Positions 24,226 to 34,327 of a DNA stretch of 64,000 nucleotides are shown piece by piece. Under the pieces are notes generated by a model. The model was not told the origin of the DNA. It saw nothing but the letters and a program-made list of their open reading frames with translations, and made no database searches. This stretch comes from Felis catus (lineage: Eukaryota), in the NCBI RefSeq assembly GCF_018350175.1, contig NC_058368.1, forward strand, positions 101,062,001 through 101,126,000, read 5' to 3'. Every line of letters starts with the position of its first letter. The stretch's first letter is position 1. The translations under genes and the position numbers were made by a program.

Positions 24226-25230
24226 AATATATAGCCAGACCATATCATCACAGATTCTTCAAATCCCAGTGGTCCTCTGTCTTCACACACACAGCACACG
24301 GTCACTCAGAGAGTCATGTGAGGTTCATCCTCTCCTTTTTGTCCGGGAGGAGGGAGCAGAGGGACCCATGCCAACCACTTTCACAACTCTGTATCTGGAA
24401 GTCAGAAGACCAGCAGTGCCAATAATTAAATCACAAGTAGAATGGCATCAACACAGATGAAACACTGCTAAACGGGTGTGTACTTCCTTCCATTCCCTTT
24501 CAACAAAGAAAAATGTCATCTTGAAAATGCTTGCACTTGCCGTACAAAGCTTTTTGAGGGCTGGCCTTGCGAAGCAACCCTTTGAAAATCCGTAAGAGGA
24601 TGTGACCAATAGAAGATCTTGTAGGTGACAAAATAATAGTGATGAACGTATTGAAGAGATTTATTGGAATGCTTGGCTGCCTCTGCCGGCTCCAAGATAA
24701 ACATTTGTTTGAGGAAACAATGGTGAGAAATGCTTCTGTTTGAAAAATGGTTGCTTATGGAGCAAACATTTGATGTTGAAATCTATACTTAAACTGTTAG
24801 GTTGCTGCCAAATAAAATACTTGTCCACCCGAACATATGTTTGAATTGAAAAATGCTTGCCAGTGTAGACAGATAAAAAGGAAATGCCCGAACCTTGGCC
24901 ATACTTAACAATATGTTTAAAAGTCACGTTGTTCATTACTGATTTTTTCAAAATGTTAATTTTCCAATCAATGTCCCAGTGTTACCTGTCAATTACTATA
25001 TTATAAAGATGAGCTAAGAATGTATTCCATGTTCGTGCTTAGCCTTTTAAAAGTTTCACTTAAGAATCTGGGAGTTTTGCCAATGAAAAAACGGTTATTT
25101 TTCTTTGAGTCTCAAGAATCTTGTCATTTTTGTGTAATATCTTTCTTTGTTTTCTTTTTGCCGAGGGATTAGCCATAATTAGTCTGTAAGGATCCTTGGG
25201 AAATGTATCTGCATATTCTAAAATATTTTC

Positions 25231-25430
25231 AGGGCCCCTGAGTGGCTCAGTCCATTAATTGTCCAATTCTTGATTTCAGCTCAGGTCACAATCTCGTGGT
25301 TCGGGGGGTCAAGCCCCACATCAGGCTCTGTGCTGACGGTGAGGAGCCTCCTTGGGACTCTCTCTCTCTCTCTGTCTTTCCACCCCTCCCCAGCTCTCTC
25401 TTTCTCTCAATAAATAAATAAGTAAATAAA
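25231..25430 (+). mobile_element. Can-SINE
   Basis: AAATATTTT on both flanks. Confidence 0.9.
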
Positions 25431-25499
25431 TATTTTGAAACATTTTCCTACATGATTTTTTACTTCAGAAGTATCTTTTAAACTTACCTCAGGCCTAAT

Positions 25500-25720
25500 A
25501 TATAAATATAATATTTATATATTTATTACATTAAGTTATATATATATATTTATAAAGCTTATTTATTTTGAGAGAGAGACAGTGCAAGTGGGGAGGGGGC
25601 AGAGAGAGAGGGGGACAGAGAACCCCAAGCAGGCTCCGCATTGTCCACGCGGAACCCAATGCGGGGCTCGAACTCTCAAAACTGTGAGATCATGACCTGA
25701 GTCGAAACCAAGAGTCGACC
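25500..25720 (-). mobile_element. Can-SINE, 5'-truncated, with TA-rich tail
   Basis: Body ends at ccaagagtcg; head absent. Confidence 0.85.
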
Positions 25721-26350
25721 AAGAGTTGAAGGAGTGGGTTGGAGAGTCATAGACTGTACCATCCAGAGCCTGGAAATAGCATTGCTGAACTTACTGAACC
25801 ACGGTCCCGTGCACCTTCTGTGCTGATGGCTGTATACTGGAGCTCTCAACAGTTTTGACTTACCGTACTTGTGAGGTGATTGTCAGATTTAAACCTGAGC
25901 ATATTAGGTCAGGAGATTCTCATAGAAACATTTTTCTGAATCTGGACTAGGACTGCAGGGCCCCCAAGGAGCTGGTGCTCGGTCCTTGAAGGAGGGCAGT
26001 CAGTCATTCCATTGTTATTCTCCTGAATGGATGAAGGAAAGACAGAGGAGCCTCCCAGTTTATTTTTGGTGGGTCCTTTCCTTGGGCGGCTTGGCTCAGG
26101 CAGTTCTCCTGTCCTATAATGCTTTTCCTCACTTCCTCTCCCTGCTAGCCAGAATGCAGGCGGTCCTCACAGCCCTTCTCGTTTGCGAAACTTTGCTTGA
26201 TCATCTCCTGGCCTCAAGCAATGATGGCTTCCTCTCCTGAACTCTTATGTCACCCACTGGCTCCAGATCCTGGAGATCAGAGAAGGAAAGTGGGGACTCT
26301 GAAAGTTATCCCCGGAACATTGAAGGTAGGGGCACTGCAGATTTATACTC

Positions 26351-26571
26351 TTTTTTTTTCTTTTAAGATTTTTAAAATTGTTTACTTTTGAGAGAGAGAG
26401 AGAGCACAAGCAGGGGAGGGCAGAGAGAGGGAGAGACACAGAATCTGAAGCAGGCTCCAGGCTCTGAGCTGTCAGCACAGAGTCTGATGTGGGGCTTGAA
26501 CCCACAAACTACAAGATCATGACCTGAGCCAAAGTTGGACGATTAACCCAACTGAGCCACCCAGGAGCCCC
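26351..26571 (-). mobile_element. Can-SINE (last one before the SINE-free zone)
   Basis: TSD TAT(a/c)CTCTTTT. Confidence 0.92.
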
Positions 26572-26895
26572 TATCCTCTTTTGGCTTCCCCCAGAAACCT
26601 GCACAGGTTGCTTTATCTTGGTCTAAAGGCAAGTTTTTCTGGTTCCAAACAGGAAACTGAGAGTAAGTTTTATGTATCTAGCTAGCTAGCTATCATCTAT
26701 TTATCTATCTCTTTCTCTATTTACTTATTTGCTGGGAGGCTCTTATACAGAGAACATAGACTCGCCAGAAATAATACAAGAGCACACTTTAGTGTCATCC
26801 TTTGACCCCCTAACTCAGAAGAGGGCAAGAACACCAGTCCATCCAGGAGAGAGTATGATGAGGGGGCAGACAGGACTCCCAGGGCTCCCACAGGG

Positions 26896-26896
26896 G

Positions 26897-26975
<79 letters not shown>
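26896..26975. repeat. (TG)n(TA)n compound microsatellite
   Basis: Read directly. Confidence 0.95.
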
Positions 26976-26978
<3 letters not shown>

Positions 26979-28399
26979 ATCCCCTAAGGTGTGGGTCCGA
27001 TTTCCTCAGGCTGCTCTGGGACAAAATCTTCAGGGCCCCTCATGAACGGGGCTAACTAGAAGTCATCCTGGTTCCTAGACCGCCGCCAGGCATTTAGGGG
27101 GACCCAGCAGGCACTAGGAAGCACCGACCCTCAGAATGCCAATCAACCAAAGCATATGTTCCTAATTTCAAACAGATGCGCTGCAATATGCTTGCCTCAT
27201 CCTGATTAGAACTTAAGGCCTACGGGCTTCAACCAGTTGAGGCAACGCTCTGGTGACCCAAAGCAGCCCGTGTTAGAACCAGGTAGCATTTGCTAAAAGA
27301 AATCAGAGGAGATTGTCCCAAAGATCCCTGCCCGTAGTCTCTTGCACATAGTAGGTGTCCATTAGATAGTAGGTATAGCTGTTAATTTGTAGCTAACTTC
27401 AATTGGTCTTATCCTTAACAGATTCTGGGGAAAAGGGAAGAACAAATTGGGGGAAATGGGCGAAAAGTAGATAAAGAAGGAGACAGTAAAGGAGATACAT
27501 GAGTTTCTGAAGGGACAGTTCTCCATGTCTAATTATTTCTCTTTTACTCATCAAGACTTGAAAGAGGGGCTGGTTTTCATTCCTTGGCTATTCATGAAAA
27601 CTTTAGGGGACCGAACTTCCCCAATATGTTTTAAACTTACAAGGCCTTTGTAAATAATAATAGCTGACTTCCCCACAAGCAGAAGGGATAGCTTTAAAGG
27701 CTTTCCCGGGAGAATGATCCGGCCCTGGGGGACTGGTAATGGACGGGAGAGCCTTTCACCTCGAGGTCAGCAGGTCAAATCCAAATCAGGCCTGGGGTGG
27801 CTGCGAGGCATTGTTTGAGTGACAGCTGTTGGGAAACCCTGGTGAAAGGCGCTGGAGGGTTCGGCTGCATTTCAAGTGAAGTGAACAGGTGCTGTCTGCA
27901 GTAATTTTGGCAGAGGATAAAAGAGAGTGGTCAGAAATAGGCCAAGCTTGGGCTCCTGGCCCCAGAGGCCATCTCTGACCTGGCAAAGCGAGGCGCTTGC
28001 TTTCCCAACGCAGTCGTGACAGGAGGCAAGCTGAGGAGGCAATGGGTCTGAATCGCCAAGGCCTCAGAGGAACAGACAGTTTCAGGCTGCAGCATTTCAG
28101 GAGAGAGCTGGCTTCTTCCTGGGGAGTTTTCCAGTCCCTTCCACTCCCCACCCGCCACCAACTCTAGCCCTGTGTCTTCCCTCTCACACCCTTTCTTTCC
28201 AACACACTGTTTGCTATCACTGAGTAAGGACCAACCAGCCAAGATGCAAAGGGGTCAGTGGGACGATGGCAGTGATTCACGTAAGTGGCGTCCGTTTCCT
28301 TGTTTTCAGTTTCTCTGTACATTTTACGCACCATACACCTCAGACTCGCAGAGGTGGGGTATAAAATAGGTAGTAGAGAGGACATCAGAATTGGGTAGC

Positions 28400-28520
28400 T
28401 CCTTTATGAGAATCCTTAGGATGGAAAGCCACAGGAGCCCCATCCTTTTGTTTGATGTTGAAGAAACTGAGGCCCAGTGGGGGTTGGGGCAGGCCACTGT
28501 GTGAGGCTCTAAGCGGCCAG
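28400..28520 (-). mobile_element. MIR fragment
   Basis: cccatccttttg...gaagaaactgaggcccag. Confidence 0.55.
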
Positions 28521-30814
28521 CAACAGAGGGGACTTGCACTGATGTAAACAATGAGCAGACGTATTTGAAAGGACACTGAGGCGCTCACAGCATCTCGGGG
28601 GTGGGGGTGGGGGGGCAGGTGGGAACAGAGAGAAGCAGGGGGAGCCAAGTGTGGCCAGAAGCTGACAAGGCAGAATCCTTGGCGGTTCTTCAGAGGAGGC
28701 CCCTTTTACCAAGTTAGCCCTGGGGCCCTGAGAATAGGGCCAGGAATGCCCCACTCCACACACAAAGCAGTCATCCCCTTACTTTTAAGTATCTATTCAA
28801 ATTTCACCTTGGAAGGGGTGCCTTCCCAGACCACCCTATTTCAAATATTAACACCCTTTATCGATCTTCATTGCACTTATTAGCATCTCACAACTCCTTT
28901 ACTTGACCATAAACTTCATGCAGATGTGGACTTTGTGATTTGGTTTTGTTTGAACGCCGCATTTCAGAAATCCCCATTTCTGAAGGGGTAGTGCCCACCG
29001 GAAGCTGCCTGTGCCCCTAGGAATGGAGCTTCCTCTGGGCCGGTTGCAAAGTTCCTCTGGGAACTTCACAGGGCTGGGGGAGGGGGTTGGCTAGTCTCTA
29101 TCCAGAGATTTCCCCCTTTTGCCTGCATTCCCGGGTCCTCAGAAGGCTCTTCCGATGTTAAAGCGGGGAGGAATGGGGCTTTCTGAATAAGGGCGAGTGA
29201 ACGGATGTAGACACAGGCAAAGGAATGTTGGAGGCCACGGTCCCTGGGCTGTTCGGATGCCACATTTTCTACCAAGTTTTTGTCAGCAGGCTAGAGGGAC
29301 CTGTCCGTGAATCTGGCCGAACAAAGATTCCTCCTAGCTGTGTCCAGCTCTCTCCATTTCCCTTTTCCTCCTCCTTCCTTTCACCTGCAGCTGGATAGTT
29401 CCCCCCTCCCTTCCATTTCCCAGGAAAATAAATCTCTGGGAGGAGGCGGGAGAGCGGGTCTCAGAGAACCCTTCTGAATAAATGTCTATATTAATGAATT
29501 ATTAACTCAGCCATCCATGACCTTAAACCTAGAAGCGGGAGCGCCGAGGGCAGAGAGCTGCTGAATCCTTTATTGGAGTCCTGTCAAAGGCAACCGACCA
29601 TTTGTCCCCCTCCTCCATCACGAAAAAAATAATTAATATGAGAGGCAAACTTTAAAATTGTGTGTCAAACGAAATCAGATAGAGGGTCTCCCTGACCCAA
29701 TCCTCTTGTCGCTTTCCTGCCCCTTCCTGGCACTCCCTCCCCACTCTCCCCTCCAGCTCCCTTCTTCCCCTCCCAGCGAAGGGTACAATGGGCTTCCCGA
29801 GAATAATTTTCAGGAAGAAAAAAAAAATTGCCGGAGAAAATGATGAATTTGGGTAGTTAATTTATCGATCCCGGCTCCTCTTCCCACTTGTTTTATTTTA
29901 GAGGTCATTAATCAATGAAGAAAAACACCACCGTGTCCCCCCGTTTGCATTTAATACACTCACGCTCCTTATTTATTCCTCTGGAACAAATTCCCAGCAA
30001 ATATTCACCCATCGATTTGGGAGCGATGGATTTTTATAAAGGTTTGATCGCTTCCTAAGTGGTCCAAGTGATTTGTTTCCGCGGTCTTCTTCTAAATAAT
30101 GAAGAGGAGGGGGGCGGATTTGGGGGGTGCATGTCCTGGCGACGGGTGGCCTCACTTTCTAAACACCCCCACCCCCCACCGACGAGATGCGCCAGGGCGA
30201 GCCGCGGGCCCAGGATCAGCCGGTGGGTGGGGGGTGGGGTGGCGGCCTCCGCAGCACTTAGTACCCCGGGGCCACGGGTGGTCGGGACTACACAGCTCGG
30301 CGCGGCGCCCGAGGGTGGGGGGACCGCGCTGACCTCTGTCCCAGCCCAGCCCCTCGGGCCTCCTCTGCGTGAGGGCAGGGCCCCACCCCGCGTCGTGGGC
30401 CGACTGGGAGGCACAGGAATCCCGCCACACTCCCCTCCAGACCTTTGTGTGAGCTCCTGGATACCCGGGCCTTCTGAGCGCTCGCTGTAACTTCCAGTCA
30501 CCTCCTTCACGCAAGTTCCCTAAGGCCTCTGGGCCCTAGGGTCCCTTCGCCCTGAGACCGGCCTACTCCCAGGGCCGCAGGGGGGTGGGGGCGAACCTGA
30601 TGAGTCAGGAACTCCACACTCTGGCCTAGGAAGAGGCTGAGGCTCCGCTCCAGTCCCTGCTTCTCCTCTTGGCCCTCACAGCAAGGGAAGTCCAACCTCC
30701 CTGGAGGTGCCCCTACACCCCTCTGGCGTCGGTCTCGAAGGTGAGGGTAGAGGTTTGACTAGGGTGGGCAGGAAAATACACGTGTCGCCTCACTGACGCG
30801 GTTTCCATCACGCA

Positions 30815-30960
30815 CTAGTGGCGGGACCTTAGGCAACCTACTTTCTGAGCCTCAGTGTCTCCATCTGTAATATGGGGTTAATGATAATGTGTTCTCCGCG
30901 CGGTTCCTAGGCGGAATGAACTTGAAGCGCCTACCCGCGCCTGGCCAATCCGAAGCTCTC
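30815..30960 (+). mobile_element. MIR inside the promoter CpG island
   Basis: gaccttaggcaa...tctgagcctcagtgtctccatctgtaatatggggttaatgata (MIR core). Confidence 0.75.
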
Positions 30961-32806
30961 CCTGACCGATCAGCTAATCTTGCTACGAAGGGGACCCCCC
31001 CCCACCTCCGGCTTCCCAGAGTGCGGGCGGCAGGAGGCCTGGGGGCGGGACGACAGTTGTTGCAACTAACTAGCGTCTCAAAATCTCGAGATTTTCAAGT
31101 TTGTTTGGAGGGCGGTATGGGGAGGAGTTCTCCGAGACGGCCAGCCCTGGGGACCAAACAGTTGAGCGTAGCCGGCGTGGCCCCAAACAAGGAGGCGGCG
31201 GGCGGGGCCGCTGCCGCAGCGTCCGGGCTCCCCGTCTCTCCCAGAGAACAGAGAAGCCTCCTCGTTCCTCAGCAATGAACCGGGAGAGTGTCAGAGAGAG
31301 ACAGCTTGCCCCTTCTCCCGAGGGCCGGCAGCTACTCTTGGGCAGTTCTTCCAGCAAATTAATTGAAACGGGCCTGGAACTTCGTAGTCTCCTTCCGATG
31401 GGGTTGTTCAAAGCCCGCGCTCAGAGTGCTCGGTTAGCCTCGGGGGTCCACAGCACGTGGGTTTTCCCTCGTGGTGTTGGCCTTAAACTTGGATACCATC
31501 AATCTGTCCAAGAATGACTGATGACCTTGTCACAACGACGCCAGTCAAAACATTTTCGGTCCAACTGTGTTCCAATCAGCGTCGAGGCATCCTCCGTGAG
31601 ACCCGGACAAAGTCTAAACAGCGCGGTTCCCAGGCTCAGGCGACAGGAGTGGTGGGAAGACAAAAAGAAACAAGAAATCAGTAAGGAGTGGCTATTAATT
31701 GTTCAGAGTGGCGGGTGCTAAATAAGTTGGCTTGTTTGGGGAAAGACAAATGTCATTTCTTCCCTCTGAGTGTGGACAGAACTCCGGCTTTGGGAAAGCG
31801 CCCGAGCCGGTCATTTTCACACACCCTGTCCGTGCCCTACCCCCACCGAGCACTGCCACTGCCTGGAAGGGCAGGGGGCTGGTGCCCAAATCTTGGAGAT
31901 GAGAGCGCGCAGGGAAGGGCAGCGGGGCATTCCAAGGCACCTGGAATGGTCAGAGTGGGGGTGGGGCTGCTCTCCCAGCCTGCACCGCCGACGCCACGTT
32001 TGGGGCAAGAGGCTTCTGCACGACCCCCCGGGGCAGCCCCTAGCAGCAAAGGCAAAAAGCTTCGCCAGTGACCGGGAGCAGTTTAACCAAGTGTAACGCA
32101 GCCCGGGATACTTGCCTCCGCTGCCCACAAGGAGAAGGAGCGAGTTCCCCAGGCAGACCACTCGAGAGTGGGTGGGCTTAGCGCTAAGCCGTGTGACACT
32201 CCACTGCGGCCGCCTCCCAGCTCCGCGGCCAGACTTGAGTCCCGCCAGGACTAGCTGCCCTTTAGAGACCCTCAGCCTCACGCCCACCAGCTCACCAAAG
32301 CCTGCCTTCTCCGCTGCAAACTGAGCGTTTCGTACCAGTGCGCAACCCGCCCCTCCCCTGCCTCCCCCGGCCAGGATATCTGCTGAGAGTTGCGTGGCGG
32401 GCTAGTCGAGCAGTTACTCCTGGAAAAACTGACCCGGACAAAAGCGCAAACCCTGTACTGGGACTTGGTCCACTCGCCGGCTGGGCGCGCCTACTCCGAT
32501 GCGGACACCCGAGCGCGTGAGGAGATGCATTCCGGTTTTCGTGTTTCCCCTGCTTTCAGAATCAGGGCAGTGAGCTGGTACCTAGAAAAGACTTATCATG
32601 GGCAGGAAGAGACAACAGGAGAGCGGGAGACGTCACGCCAAAAAACCAGCGGGGGAGTGGGTGGGTGGGAAGGCGTTGGAGGTATCTGTGCTGGAGAGGG
32701 GCACAGGCCGTGTGTGGATCCAACCGAGTTAGAACTTCCTTCTCTCCCTCTCCCCTCCCCTTCGTTATTCTGGCCTGCCTACCGCCTCCCCCCACTCTCC
32801 ATCTCC

Positions 32807-32808
<2 letters not shown>

Positions 32809-32888
<80 letters not shown>
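32809..32888. repeat. Compound microsatellite (CT)23(CA)17
   Basis: Read directly: CT 32809-32854, CA 32855-32888. Confidence 0.95.
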
Positions 32889-32889
<1 letters not shown>

Positions 32890-32892
<3 letters not shown>

Positions 32893-33227
32893 TATTTTGT
32901 GCTGTCGTAAAACCCACGTGTCCAGCCGGGAGGCTGCCAGAGCGTGGAGCCGAGGAACCGGGACGCGGCGGCAGCCGAGCGCAGCAGCCCACCGCGGCTC
33001 CGATCCGCGCCGGATCGGCCCGCGCTCCCGGCTGAACTGCTCTAGCGCGTTCCGCGGGCCTCCACGCCCATCTCTCGCAGCCCGGGAGGGTTCCGGGAGG
33101 TCAGATCACATCTTGGGCTCTCCCCTCCGCGGCGCAGGGGCATGTAGCGCACCCGGGACGCACACTCTCCCCCACGCCCACCGAGACACACGCACGCACG
33201 CACCCGCCGGCGGCTCGGAGTTTCCAG
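32890..33227 (+). other. PRDM6: Putative non-coding exon 1 (5' UTR) of PRDM6; start position approximate
   Basis: Strong donor CAG|GTAAGG at 33228, 490 nt upstream of the exon-2 acceptor, inside the CpG island. The TSS cannot be fixed from sequence. Confidence 0.7.
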
Positions 33228-33732
33228 GTAAGGCGAGGCTCGTCTGGGGCCGGTGGTCTTGGGCCCCGGGGATAGGAGGCTGGAGGTCCCGGGCTGGGGG
33301 CGGGGGGCGAGACTGTCCCGCCTCCTGGCGCCGGAGGCCAAAGCCGCTCCGGCTCTGCGCTACTCCGGCTCGGGTCTGCTCCGGGCGCCTGCTGAGGGCG
33401 GGGGCTGCGTCCTGCCGCCGAGTTCTGCGGGCGAGCGCCCTTGCGCCGGGCTTCAACAGTGCGCGGCGGGAGCTGGGCGCCTCGGACTGGAGGCAAGGCA
33501 GGGTGCACACAGCTCCCTTCGCGAGGCGCCGCCGCTTCAGAGTAAACTTTGCGCCCCAGCGGAGTTGGAAAGAGGGAGCTGGGGAACCGGGCTGCCGCAG
33601 GCGGAGCCCAGGGCTGAGCCCTTGCTCCACGATCTTGGCGGTCATCCTCCCCGCCCCTCTCGCACCCAGCCCTGGGCCCGGCTCAAGCGTACCCTCCTCT
33701 CTGCCCTCTGCCCCCAGCTTGAGAGGTCGGAC

Positions 33733-34327
33733 ATGCTGAAGCCCGGAGACCCCGGCGGCTCGGCCTTCCTCAAAGTGGATCCAGCCTATTTGCAGCACTG
33801 GCAGCAACTCTTCCCGCACAGCGGCAGCGGCGGCCCGCTCAAGGGCGGCGGCGCCGCGGGTCCCCTGGGCGCGCCGCAGCCTCTCCAGCCCCCGCCGCCG
33901 CCGCCGCCCCCGGAGCGCGCAGAGCCGCCGCCGGACAGCTTGCGCCCGCGGCCCGCTTCGCTCTCCTCCGCCTCCTCCACTCCGGCTTCCTCCTCCAACT
34001 CGGCCTCCTCTGCCTCCTCCTGCGCCGCCGCTGCCGCCGCCGCCGCCGCCGCGCTGGCGGGTCTCTCGGCCCTGCCTGTGGCGCAGCTGCCGGTGTTCGC
34101 CCCTCTGGCCGCCGCCGCCGTCGCCGCGGAGCCGCTGCCCCCCAAAGACCTGTGCCTCGGCGCCGCCTCGGGCCCGGGGCCTTCCAAGTGCGGCGGAGGC
34201 AGCGGCGTGGACGCCCGGGGCGCCCCGCGCTTCCGCTGCAGCGCGGAGGAGCTGGACTATTACCTGTACGGCCAGCAGCGAATGGAGATCATCCCGCTCA
34301 ACCAGCACACCAGCGACCCCAACAACC
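33733..34327 (+). CDS. PRDM6: PRDM6 first coding exon (codons 1-198 plus 1 nt); low-complexity Pro/Ser/Ala-rich N-terminus
   Basis: Translates [29 protein letters not shown]...[27 protein letters not shown], recognised as the PRDM6 N-terminus. Polypyrimidine/CAG acceptor ends at 33717, so the exon starts at 33718 with 15 nt of UTR. Donor C|GTATGT at 34328 (phase 1). Confidence 0.96.

Noticed and set aside
5..26571. Many short, mutually similar ORFs (e.g. GQRETEHERGRG..., MAQSVKHPTSAQVMIS...)
   Set aside because: These are translations of Can-SINE copies, not a gene family.
33253..33732. 160-codon N-terminal extension of PRDM6 in the ORF track
   Set aside because: GTG start lies within intron 1, which has canonical splice sites. 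The recognisable protein begins at ATG 33733.
32390..33739. 449-aa + strand ORF upstream of PRDM6
   Set aside because: Starts at TTG, runs through the (CT)(CA) microsatellite and intron 1, and has no recognisable domain.
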